DNA of 38,820 nucleotides. It comes from Promethearchaeota archaeon (GTDB taxonomy: Archaea > Asgardarchaeota > Lokiarchaeia > Sigyniarchaeales > SOKP01). Of this stretch, positions 18,915-28,405 are shown piece by piece; the stretch's first letter is position 1, and every line of letters starts with the position of its first letter. A program made the translations under genes and the position numbers. Where the stretch lies: positions 1 to 38,820 of the forward strand of contig JBHLNZ010000030.1 in the NCBI GenBank assembly GCA_048941015.1, read 5' to 3'. The notes under the pieces were generated by a model, which had not been told where the DNA came from, did no database searches, and was given only the letters and a program-made list of their open reading frames with translations.

Positions 18915-19916
18915 ATGAGTAAATTGAATAAACAAAGAAAATCTGAGGAAGGCTCTATGAGTGATTTACAAGAAGAACTTAATCTTAGGGAAAAGGAAAT
19001 TATTGATCTAAAAAAAGCACTCCAAATAAAAGACGATAAAGTTTCTAATCTCCAAAAAGAAGTTGAATTAATACAACAAAAAATAGAAGCTAAAATCAAA
19101 GATATAGAACTACAACATAAAACTAGAGATGAAATAATTGAGAATTTGCAAAGTTCAGTAAAACTTAAAGACGATCAAATTCATACTCTTAAGGATTCAT
19201 TAAAGCTGAAGGGTGAACAGGTTGTAACTTTGGACAGTTCAATTAAATTTAAAGATGAAAAAATAACAACCTTAGAAAGAACTCTCAAATTAAAAGAAGA
19301 AGAAATAAAGAACTTAAGAGGAACCACTGTAGAAAAAGATATCTTGAATGAAAAAGAAACGTTAAATAAAGAATTAAAAGAAAAACTTGAAATTTTGACT
19401 GGAGAATTAACTAAAGCTGATGAGGACCTAGAAATGTTAGAAACTGAAAATGAGAAATTGCGAAATCAATTAGCTCTTTCAGAAGCTTCAAAAATTATTG
19501 ATTGGACTGATGTTAGTCTACCAAAACATGAAATTCTTAAAAAAATGCATGAAATATTAACAAAAGCTTTGCATAATGTTACGATAGTACTTCCAAATAT
19601 AAAAGATTTGCAAGAATTGTCTCTTTATGAGATGAGATCTTCAGTAAATATCAAAGTTTCATGCTCAATTGATCCTCTCGTAGCAGAAGATTCTGAATTA
19701 TTAGAAGAATTAGAGAGTCTAGATAATATTTCGATTAGATTGTATGAAGCAGAAGATAGATATGTTTTAGATCGGGATGGTGAAGAATTATTATTTGCCG
19801 TAATAGGAGAAAATGAAGATAATCATTTAGTTCTTCATACCAGAGACCCCAAACATTTAAAACTATTTAGAGCACTTGTGATGGAAGGCTGGTTGCGTTC
19901 AAGGAAAATAGAATAA
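18915..19916 (+). CDS. Coiled-coil protein with C-terminal TrmB effector-binding / inactive PLD-like domain
   Basis: About 190 aa of heptad repeats including four 14-aa repeats. C-terminal HEILTKALHNVTIVLP...NISIR..DRDGEELLFA..W..SRKI resembles the TrmB C-domain. Start is 18915 or 18957. Confidence 0.65.
   Translation: MSKLNKQRKSEEGSMSDLQEELNLREKEIIDLKKALQIKDDKVSNLQKEVELIQQKIEAKIKDIELQHKTRDEIIENLQSSVKLKDDQIHTLKDSLKLKGEQVVTLDSSIKFKDEKITTLERTLKLKEEEIKNLRGTTVEKDILNEKETLNKELKEKLEILTGELTKADEDLEMLETENEKLRNQLALSEASKIIDWTDVSLPKHEILKKMHEILTKALHNVTIVLPNIKDLQELSLYEMRSSVNIKVSCSIDPLVAEDSELLEELESLDNISIRLYEAEDRYVLDRDGEELLFAVIGENEDNHLVLHTRDPKHLKLFRALVMEGWLRSRKIE
19146..19313 (+). repeat. Four 42-bp (14-aa) coiled-coil repeats
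   Basis: LQSSVKLKDDQIHT / LKDSLKLKGEQVVT / LDSSIKFKDEKITT / LERTLKLKEEEIKN. Confidence 0.8.
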
Positions 19917-20018
19917 ATCTCTCTTTTAGAAAACATAGTAAAATTTTTGAAGATATTAGTGATTAGAACGTCGATATTGAATACTTTTTATATTTATCTT
20001 TTACGATATTAGATATAA

Positions 20019-20879
20019 TTATATATCAACAAATGATTTTGTTCTATTTTCAAATCGAGCTAATTTAGTAAAACCAATCTTTTTTAAGATTTCTAAAGCA
20101 CTTTTGAAATTAAATGCTATTTCATCAGGATGATGAGCATCCGATCCTAAAAGAACAGAAATATCTAAATTATAAACTTCATTCAATATTTCTAAACTAG
20201 GATACTGTTCTTTAATTGGTCTTCTAAAACCAGAAGTATTTAATTCAATTGTCGTCTTTCTTTTTTTGATAAGTTCTAACACAGATAAAACTTCATTCAT
20301 AACTATTTCTTTATTTTCAGCTTTTTTATTAAATTTTTTTGGCAAATCAAAATGCCCTATTATATCAAAATTAAAATCAGTGCTTTTTATCATCGATTGT
20401 AGGATTTTATAGTATTGTAAGAAAATAATATCAATACTCTTATAATTTTTATATTTTTCAATAGATTTTAGGTCATCAAAAGCAAATAATCCATCAGATT
20501 CTCTTAAGAAGTGTACAGAACCAATTATATAATCCAATCGAGTTACATATTTTTTAAGATAATTATTGAGGTATTTAACTTGGTTTTCTATAAATTCAAT
20601 TTCAAATCCAATTCTTATTTGGATTGCTTGTTTATTTTTTTCTTTCAAATGCTCCAAATTGGAAAGATAACCATTAATCTCATCCATTTTCATAGCATAT
20701 TCTTCAAATGGGACCCCTCTTATATCAGGAAAGGATTCCAACAGAAATTCATAAGGAAAATGACCACTTACACCAATAATATTTAGTTTTTTCTTAATGG
20801 CTTCTATAATATAATCTTCAACTGATCCTATTGCATGTTTACATAAAGAATTATGAGTATGCCAATCTTCAAATTTCAT
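20019..20879 (-). CDS. hisJ: PHP-family histidinol-phosphatase (HisJ/HisK family)
   Basis: DWHTH..CKHA, GFEIEF, LDYIIGSVH, IIGHFDLPKKF, IELNTSGFR, YPS, GSDAHHP. ATG at 20879 is the likely start. Confidence 0.85.
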   Translation of the reverse strand: MKFEDWHTHNSLCKHAIGSVEDYIIEAIKKKLNIIGVSGHFPYEFLLESFPDIRGVPFEEYAMKMDEINGYLSNLEHLKEKNKQAIQIRIGFEIEFIENQVKYLNNYLKKYVTRLDYIIGSVHFLRESDGLFAFDDLKSIEKYKNYKSIDIIFLQYYKILQSMIKSTDFNFDIIGHFDLPKKFNKKAENKEIVMNEVLSVLELIKKRKTTIELNTSGFRRPIKEQYPSLEILNEVYNLDISVLLGSDAHHPDEIAFNFKSALEILKKIGFTKLARFENRTKSFVDI

Positions 20880-20979
20880 CTGGAAAAAAACCAAAAGTAC
20901 TAGAACTTAATCTTTTATCTTAAATTATTAATTAATTAAGAAAAGATTTATTGTTTTAAGATATTAGGTTTGATATCAG

Positions 20980-21795
20980 GTGGAATTTAAAAAAAAACAA
21001 TTTGATGGCCCCTATGAGGTTTCCGAAATTGAGATACATAATGAGGGTCAAATTTTTAGAGGGATATTATACTTTCCATCAAAACCTTTTAATGAACCCT
21101 ATCCTGTAATAATATATTTTCATGGTTTTCCACAATTATTTACTTTGAAAGAAATAGTCAATGATCATCAATTTTTATTAGAAATGGGCTATTGTTTTAT
21201 TTCAATCAACTTCAGAGGATATAGATTTAGTGAAGGACAAATATCAATGAAGTCACAATTGTCTGATTCAAAAAGAATTATTGAATTTGTAGAATTAATG
21301 GCTAAAAAGGGAATTTTTAAAATTGATGATATAAATATTATAGCTCATGATTTTGGGGCTTATATTGCCATAATACTATGTTCTCAGATTGATTTAATCA
21401 ACAAATTAGTATTAAAATGTCCTATTATAGATTTGAATAAACATGTAAATAACAATAACTTTAAAAAAGTCCTAAATTACATAAATAGATTCCTTCCTGG
21501 TAATGTTAGAGGTATTGAAAACGTTAATGGTTTCATAGAAATGACGAAAAATGAATTAAAAAACCAGGAATTTCAAATTGAAAAAACAATCTCGAAAATA
21601 AATCTTAAAAAATTAAAGATTATAATTGGAAAGAAAGATAAAATAACTCCAGTAAATGAACTTAATTCAATAATTCAAAAAGTTAAGTTAGAACCTTCTG
21701 TAGTTGTTATTGATGACATGGATCATGATATTATTGAAGATGCACATATAGAATTAATAAATTCTGAATTGAAAGAATTTTTTAGAACAACATAG
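20980..21795 (+). CDS. Alpha/beta-fold hydrolase
   Basis: HGFP oxyanion motif, NFRGY..SEG, nucleophile elbow AHDFG, GKKD acid, DMDH His. Confidence 0.82.
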   Translation: MEFKKKQFDGPYEVSEIEIHNEGQIFRGILYFPSKPFNEPYPVIIYFHGFPQLFTLKEIVNDHQFLLEMGYCFISINFRGYRFSEGQISMKSQLSDSKRIIEFVELMAKKGIFKIDDINIIAHDFGAYIAIILCSQIDLINKLVLKCPIIDLNKHVNNNNFKKVLNYINRFLPGNVRGIENVNGFIEMTKNELKNQEFQIEKTISKINLKKLKIIIGKKDKITPVNELNSIIQKVKLEPSVVVIDDMDHDIIEDAHIELINSELKEFFRTT

Positions 21796-21857
21796 ATTTT
21801 AATTTTGTAGATTTTAAATCTTACCTTTTTAGTGTAAACCTTTTTAAAGGTTTTTTA

Positions 21858-23174
21858 ATGATCTCTTATATGTCAAGAGAATTGAGCTTAAAATTTAAAA
21901 TTAAGCTGATTTTTTATATTGCTTTAATTGTATCAAATATCGTAATCATTTCTACTTTTACAAGCTTGAACCTAATACAAACATATCACGATGTGGATAG
22001 GAGATCTAATGGAAATACTTTTGCTTGTATATCTCCTTTTTTCGATCTTATAGTAGATCAGATAACCATTGCACGAAATCCTGAAGTAGTTGGACCTCCT
22101 AGTTTAGTTGAACCTAATGATCCCAACCAAAGAGTAATTGAAATAAATCCAAAAGGCCAGATAGTCTGGGAAGCCTCAGGATTTGCGTTCCCTCATGAAG
22201 TATTAGAATTACCCAATGGTCATATCTTAGTAGCAGATACCTTCTTTGATAGGGTAGTCGAGATTGACTATCCTAATAAAAATATAGTATGGAGTTGGGA
22301 ACCTGCGCTGATAAATTGGACTGAGGTTAATCCAGCATGGGGAGAGGATCATTATTATAACACTCCCTTAGCTTATGATTGGACACATTTGAATGATATT
22401 GATTATAAAAATTATAGTACATGGGAAGCAATCTTAATAAGCATAAGAAATTTTGATTTAATTGTCGAAGTTAATTATACCGCAGAAAAAATAGGACCTG
22501 CAAATAATCCTCTTAATATTAATTGGTATTATGGTGATCGAGATAATCATTCCTTATTAAATCATCAACATAATCCTGATTATACTAGTACAGGAGATAT
22601 TATTGTTTCGGATTCTGAAAGTAATAGAATTGTTGAAATTGATTATAATACAAAGAATGTTTTATGGGAATATGATAAAGGATTACTTTGGCCTCGTGAT
22701 GCTGATGAATTACCAAATGGCAATATATTAATAACCGATTCTATCAATAACAGGATTATTGAAGTCGAAAAGAGTAGTAAAGAGATTGTATGGCAATATC
22801 GGACTGATCTTGTTGTTCCTTATGAGGCAGATCAGTTGCCAAATGGGAATATCTTGATCGGAAATGGATATGGTGGAGCTGTTTACGAAATAAATCGTCA
22901 AGGTATCGTGATTTGGCGTTTTGGATTTTCTTTTTTCAAGAGCATTGCATATGCTAATTTTATAAACATTATGATTTTATTATTTATATCTTCAATATTT
23001 AAATATCAAAAAATAAAAACTTCAGAATTAATTCGCAAGAAGAAAATCATAAATATTGTTATATTAGCGGTTTATATCTCCTTTATAATCTTTTTTATTT
23101 ATCTAACATTATTCTATAACGATTTAGTAGCTTGGATCTCATCAATGATTATCAGAGCAACATTCAATATATAA
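21858..23174 (+). CDS. Membrane-anchored arylsulfotransferase-like (ASST) beta-propeller protein
   Basis: Repeated ELPNG.IL..D..NRI.E....IVW blades; WTHLND and HQHNPD motifs; one N-terminal TM and two C-terminal TMs. Confidence 0.78.
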   Translation: MISYMSRELSLKFKIKLIFYIALIVSNIVIISTFTSLNLIQTYHDVDRRSNGNTFACISPFFDLIVDQITIARNPEVVGPPSLVEPNDPNQRVIEINPKGQIVWEASGFAFPHEVLELPNGHILVADTFFDRVVEIDYPNKNIVWSWEPALINWTEVNPAWGEDHYYNTPLAYDWTHLNDIDYKNYSTWEAILISIRNFDLIVEVNYTAEKIGPANNPLNINWYYGDRDNHSLLNHQHNPDYTSTGDIIVSDSESNRIVEIDYNTKNVLWEYDKGLLWPRDADELPNGNILITDSINNRIIEVEKSSKEIVWQYRTDLVVPYEADQLPNGNILIGNGYGGAVYEINRQGIVIWRFGFSFFKSIAYANFINIMILLFISSIFKYQKIKTSELIRKKKIINIVILAVYISFIIFFIYLTLFYNDLVAWISSMIIRATFNI

Positions 23175-23355
23175 GCTTTTCAATCAAATTAAATAGTTTT
23201 ATTTTTTCCCATTATTTATAAATTATTTTCAAAATTAAATGCTATAAAGATTGAAGAATATCAAAAGATATTATTATTATTAATTCCATTTTATAATAGA
23301 AAATTATTTAAGAATGGAAAAAAATCCTAATCTTACATAAGAATATTTTTTTAAG

Positions 23356-26300
23356 GTGCGAAAAAATTTGAGTTCTGGTAAAAACGAATCCAAATTAAAT
23401 ATTAAAGAAATGTTTGGAGATGATCAAAAACTAACCTTTCTTGTTGGAGCTGGCGTTTCTTTTGAAGCACCCTCTCAATTGCCAAGCCCTCATGAGTTTA
23501 TGAAAACAATAATCAAATACATTTGCACGCCATCAGAGATTCAAAACCTTATTGACACTAAGTATTTAAGGTTTGAAAATTTAATTGAAATAGTACGTGA
23601 TATAATAGATCATGACCTTAACCTTTTAGATTTTTATGCTGAGTGCGATAAACCAAATATAGAGCATTTTTTTCTAGCTGAAATGATAAAAAAAGGAAAT
23701 TTCGTTGTAACTACTAATTTTGATTATTTAATTGAATATGCTTTAAGTCACTTAGATATTCAGAAAAAGAAGATTATTCCTGTAATTACTGAAAAAGATT
23801 ATGAAAAATTTAACGATCCAGAGAAACTTTTTAAAAATGGAAAAATGCCCATAGTAAAAATTCATGGATCACCCAAAAATATAATTACGGGAGAAGATAC
23901 AAGAGATTCCTTTATCAATACAATTAAATTATTGGGATTAAATTTAGATCAAAGCAACATCATTCAGCTGGAACCTTTTAAAGCTAAGTTATTAGAAAAT
24001 GTTTCAAATGAACGTTCTTTGATTATATTCGGATATTCGGGGCGAAATGATTTTGACGTATTATCGACGATAAAAGTAATGAAAAATCTCAAAAATATTG
24101 TTTGGATAAACCATTTAGATAATGGAAAAGATTCTGAAGAAATATACAGTGTAGATTTAAATTTACAGGATTCATTAAAAAGTTTAGATGAGATTGATAA
24201 AATGCTTTTAAGTATCAAACAATTTAATAATTCGGTTGATATCTATCGAATTAATACTAATACATCTAAATTATTAGAAAAATTTGTTGAAGATAAACAA
24301 AATATTAGTTCTGAAAAATTTAGTTTTAACTTACAAGAGTGGATCAAAAATGTTATTAAAGAACCAGATGAATTGTCCAAATTGTATATCTCTAGCAAAA
24401 TTTACTATGAATCTAAAAGATATAGTGATGCTTTAAGATGCTTAGAAAGGTTATTTCGAAAAGCAGATGATAGAGAGGAAGACTTATGGAAAGCTATTTC
24501 TCTTTTAGAGATAGGAGTTATTAATAGAGATTTAGGAAATTATGAGAAAGCTTTAGAATGGTTCCGTAAATCACTCCAAGTCCAATTTAAAACTAAAAAT
24601 GTAGAATATAAAGTTAAAGCTTTTAAAAATATAGGCTTAATTTACCATGCAATTGGAAATTATAAAGAATCCCATAAATATTTAACTCAGGCATTAAAAG
24701 ATAACGAAAAAGTAAAGGATCTATCTGCAAAAGTTGAGATATTGAACAATCTTGGATTATTGTACCAATCTAGAGAGAATTACATTGAAGCACTAAAAAA
24801 TTTTGAGGCTTCGAATAAATTAAGTGATAAACTTCAAAATCTAAAACAAAAAGCAATCAGTCTAAAATGCATTGGAAAAATTTATCATATAAAAGAAAAT
24901 TATTCCGAAGCGTTAAAATATTTTAATGAAGCCCTTCAAATTGATGAACTATTAGAAAATCTTGAAGAGAAGGCGGAAATCTTAAATATTTTAGGTTTTT
25001 TATATCATGAGACCGGTAATTCTCTTCTTGGCATTGAAAAATGTAATGAAGCCCTTCGAATTTTTGAACGATTACAACTTATTGAAGGAAAATTGGAATC
25101 TTTAAATAATTTGGGAATAATTTTTAGAGATCAATGGAATTATCGTAAGGCATTGGAACATTTTGAAGAAGCATATCAAATAGCTGAGAGAAAAGAACTA
25201 ACCGATCTTGAAGCTAAGTATGCAAAAGAAATAGGAATCATTTTTAGAAGTCAAGATAAATATAATGAAGCTTTAGAGTGGTTGGACATATCACTTAATA
25301 TTTACGATCAAATTGGCGATACATCGGGAAAAGTGGAAGTTCTTGAAAATATGGGACATATCTATAAGATTCAAAGAGATTATACAAAAGCTTTAAGACG
25401 TTTTGATAAAGTTTTAGATATTTTTGAACAAGTGAATGATCAGGATAATAAAGCTACAACCTTGAATACTATTGGATTAATCCATTTAGAGCAAAGAAAT
25501 TATAATGAAGCTTTAAGGAATTTTGAAAATACACTCGAAATTTTCGAAGAAACTGAAAATATTGAAGGAAGTATTGAAACCCTAAGTAACTTAGGTTATT
25601 ATTATCAAGAACAAGGATACTATCCAGAAGCCCTACGTCGATATCAAGATGCTCTTGATATGACCAAAAAGAGAGGATTAACAAGAAAAAAGGGGATATT
25701 ATATAATAATATTGGACAGATTTTACAAGATCAAGGTGAATATAAAGAAGCGTTAAATTATTTTGAAAATGCTCTTGAGATATACGAGGAAGAAGGAAAT
25801 TTAGACGGATCTATTGATAGTTTACACAATATAGGATTAAATTATCACTATACGGGTGAAGATACATTAGCTTTAGAAAAATTTAATGAGGCCATCACTA
25901 TTGCTGAAAGAATTGAAAATCTTCATAAAAAAGCACAGTGCTTGCGAGTTATGGGAAACATTTATAAGGGGCAATGGAACTTTCTTGAAGCACTGAGAAT
26001 GTACGAAGAAGCATTAGTTATTGCTAATCAACTTGGACATTTAGATGAAGTCCTTGAAAACCTTAATATTATCGGAAAAATTTATCAAGCACAGAAGCAT
26101 TATCCCGAGGCAATTAGACGCTTTGGAGAAGCTTTAGATGTTGTTGAATCACAAAAAAATTTGGAAACTAAAGCTGATATTTATAATAGTATTGGTAATA
26201 TTCATTTTGATGAGGAAAATTACAATGAAGCGTTAAAATGGTTTAATGAGGCCTTAACTATCGATGAACAGTTAGCAAATAATCGAGGTAAGGCTAAAAG

Positions 26301-27426
26301 ACTAATCCATATAGGCGACATTTTCCAAATTTTCAAGAAGCGAGACGAGGCTTTAAACAGATATAAAGAAGCATTAGAAATAGAGGATAATTTAGGTGAT
26401 TTGACTAAAAAGGCGCTCATCATAAGAAAGATTGGCAAAATTTTTCATGAGCAAAATATGCATCCTGAAGCTTTAAAATGGTATGAAGAATCTTATACAA
26501 TTTATGATCAAATCGAAAATCTTGAAGGCGTTATTGACTCTTTTGTAAATATTGGAGAGATATACCAAGATCTTGACGATTTTCAACAATCATTAAAATG
26601 GTATGATGAAGCTCTAAAAATTGCTAATCAATTAGATGATAAAGAAAGAAAAGCCCTAGTTCTCAATAAAGTAGGAGCAATTTATTATCAACAAGGTATT
26701 TATCGTGATGCATTAAAGAGACATAAATCTGCTCATGAAATATTTGATGAGCTTGGAGATCTTATTGGAAAGAGCTTTAGCCTTAATAGAATCGGTATGA
26801 TTTATCAAGATCAAGGTAATTATAATGAGGCTTTAAAGTGGTATGATAAGGCTCTAAAACTCCATAAAGTTTTAGGAGATACTGAAGAAAAAGCTCAAAG
26901 CATACACAATACTGCTTTAATTCATAGGGATTTAGGAAATTATCTTGAAGCACTGAAAAATTTTGAAGAAGTTATTAGAATAGATAAAGAATTTAACAAT
27001 CAAGAAAGAATGGCAATTAACTTGTCTAATATTGGATTAATTTATTTAGATGAAGGAAATTATTCTGTTGCATCTAAAAGATTTCAAGAAGCTGTAATAA
27101 TCGCTGAAAAAATTAATAATAAAGAAATTCTTTCTAAATTTTTGAATAATTTAGGTTTAGTTTTTCTCAATCAAGGAAAATATACAGAAGCATGGAAAAG
27201 TTGCAATAAAGCACTTGAAATATTTAGCGAGCTAGAAAATCATGAAGGTGTAGCAGACAGTCTATATAAGCTGGGTTTAATCTATTTAGAACAAAAAAGT
27301 TATGCTGAAGCATTAAAAAATCATGAATTATCGTTAGAAACTTTAAATCAACACAAATTAACCAAATTACCTCTTACGAAGATAGTAAAAAGTAATATCA
27401 AGCTGATAAAGAGTAAAATCAAATAG
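23356..27426 (+). CDS. SIR2-like (SIR2_2) domain fused to 25 TPR repeats
   Basis: FLVGAGVS..PS.LP, VTTNFDYLIE, KIHGS, IFGYSGRNDFD, followed by 40-aa TPRs to the C-terminus. Confidence 0.9.
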   Translation: MRKNLSSGKNESKLNIKEMFGDDQKLTFLVGAGVSFEAPSQLPSPHEFMKTIIKYICTPSEIQNLIDTKYLRFENLIEIVRDIIDHDLNLLDFYAECDKPNIEHFFLAEMIKKGNFVVTTNFDYLIEYALSHLDIQKKKIIPVITEKDYEKFNDPEKLFKNGKMPIVKIHGSPKNIITGEDTRDSFINTIKLLGLNLDQSNIIQLEPFKAKLLENVSNERSLIIFGYSGRNDFDVLSTIKVMKNLKNIVWINHLDNGKDSEEIYSVDLNLQDSLKSLDEIDKMLLSIKQFNNSVDIYRINTNTSKLLEKFVEDKQNISSEKFSFNLQEWIKNVIKEPDELSKLYISSKIYYESKRYSDALRCLERLFRKADDREEDLWKAISLLEIGVINRDLGNYEKALEWFRKSLQVQFKTKNVEYKVKAFKNIGLIYHAIGNYKESHKYLTQALKDNEKVKDLSAKVEILNNLGLLYQSRENYIEALKNFEASNKLSDKLQNLKQKAISLKCIGKIYHIKENYSEALKYFNEALQIDELLENLEEKAEILNILGFLYHETGNSLLGIEKCNEALRIFERLQLIEGKLESLNNLGIIFRDQWNYRKALEHFEEAYQIAERKELTDLEAKYAKEIGIIFRSQDKYNEALEWLDISLNIYDQIGDTSGKVEVLENMGHIYKIQRDYTKALRRFDKVLDIFEQVNDQDNKATTLNTIGLIHLEQRNYNEALRNFENTLEIFEETENIEGSIETLSNLGYYYQEQGYYPEALRRYQDALDMTKKRGLTRKKGILYNNIGQILQDQGEYKEALNYFENALEIYEEEGNLDGSIDSLHNIGLNYHYTGEDTLALEKFNEAITIAERIENLHKKAQCLRVMGNIYKGQWNFLEALRMYEEALVIANQLGHLDEVLENLNIIGKIYQAQKHYPEAIRRFGEALDVVESQKNLETKADIYNSIGNIHFDEENYNEALKWFNEALTIDEQLANNRGKAKRLIHIGDIFQIFKKRDEALNRYKEALEIEDNLGDLTKKALIIRKIGKIFHEQNMHPEALKWYEESYTIYDQIENLEGVIDSFVNIGEIYQDLDDFQQSLKWYDEALKIANQLDDKERKALVLNKVGAIYYQQGIYRDALKRHKSAHEIFDELGDLIGKSFSLNRIGMIYQDQGNYNEALKWYDKALKLHKVLGDTEEKAQSIHNTALIHRDLGNYLEALKNFEEVIRIDKEFNNQERMAINLSNIGLIYLDEGNYSVASKRFQEAVIIAEKINNKEILSKFLNNLGLVFLNQGKYTEAWKSCNKALEIFSELENHEGVADSLYKLGLIYLEQKSYAEALKNHELSLETLNQHKLTKLPLTKIVKSNIKLIKSKIK
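24370..27370 (+). repeat. 25 x 120-bp (40-aa) TPR-coding repeats
   Basis: The Y..AL-type motif recurs exactly every 120 nt from 24421 to 27301. Boundaries are approximate. Confidence 0.88.
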
Positions 27427-27456
27427 GATTTAATCCTATTTCTAAATCATATTATT

Positions 27457-28296
27457 TTATATAATTGCGGTAATTTCTAATTCCTCTTGAGTATTCTGCT
27501 TTCTTTTTAGTATCTTTTCGTTTAATAAAGGTAATATTTTATCGTACAGTATATATAAATAAGGAGCACCTTGATTAAATAAAATAATGATCTCATATAG
27601 TAAGAATGTGATTCCTGTGGGTCTAATCCCAGTAATAAAAAGTGGAAATTCCATGAAAAACGATTCGATACAACCAATTATAAAAACAAAGTAAATAACT
27701 TTTAAATTTTTACTCTTAAATCGCTTTGTAGCATAAATCAATATTAAGATAGTATAGCCAATTATAACATTTATAATCCAAAGAACAAATTGAGAAGACA
27801 TATGGCGTACCGTCCTAATTTGAGTATCATTAAGGGGAATCCAAAATGAAAGATAGGGAATTAAAAACCATGATGCAAAGTAGAGTATTGTATAAGGTAT
27901 AATCTCTCTATAATTATTTTGCTTAAATTTCTCAAAAGCTATCCATAACCACCCAAATGCAAACATCCCATAGGAGATTGTCATCATAAAATCGGCACCG
28001 AACTTAATCCAGAAATATTCTCCTAAAGGTCGAGGAATATACACTCCTCCTATCCAATATTCTCGAATATATGTGCCCGGAGGATAACTAGAATTAACTG
28101 GTATATTGAACCAAGCAACTGCATCAATAATATAAACACAAATGCCTGTAATTATTCCAAATGAAATAGCAGACCACTTTTTCTTATAAATAAGAACTCC
28201 AAGCCAAATCGAAAGAAAAATCGCATCAAAATAGATGTAATCATATTCAAAAATTCTCCAAGCTTCTTTAAAATCCGCGATAAAATCATACAGCAA
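27457..28296 (-). CDS. Hypothetical integral membrane protein (~7-8 TM)
   Basis: Long ORF with multiple hydrophobic segments; no family motif recognised. Confidence 0.7.
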   Translation of the reverse strand: MLYDFIADFKEAWRIFEYDYIYFDAIFLSIWLGVLIYKKKWSAISFGIITGICVYIIDAVAWFNIPVNSSYPPGTYIREYWIGGVYIPRPLGEYFWIKFGADFMMTISYGMFAFGWLWIAFEKFKQNNYREIIPYTILYFASWFLIPYLSFWIPLNDTQIRTVRHMSSQFVLWIINVIIGYTILILIYATKRFKSKNLKVIYFVFIIGCIESFFMEFPLFITGIRPTGITFLLYEIIILFNQGAPYLYILYDKILPLLNEKILKRKQNTQEELEITAII

Positions 28297-28405
28297 AATT
28301 GATTCTCCATAGTAGCCTTCAAAGTAGAAGGAATAAAATTTATTAAATTAATTAGCTTTTTAAAGCATTTGAGATAATTACGAGTGTTATATGTAAGGAT
28401 TTTAA

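Noticed and set aside
11496-26438. Antisense ORFs 11496-11723, 18761-19099, 20511-20786, 23964-24218, 25469-25684, 26220-26438
   Set aside because: They are reverse-strand shadows of Lys/Glu-rich coiled-coil, PHP, SIR2 or TPR coding sequence, giving spurious Phe/Leu/Ser-rich peptides.
24421-27340. 120-bp periodicity as a CRISPR array or DGR target
   Set aside because: Repeats are degenerate, in-frame and protein-coding. There are no identical repeats with spacers, no cas or reverse transcriptase gene, and no adenine-specific TR/VR pair.
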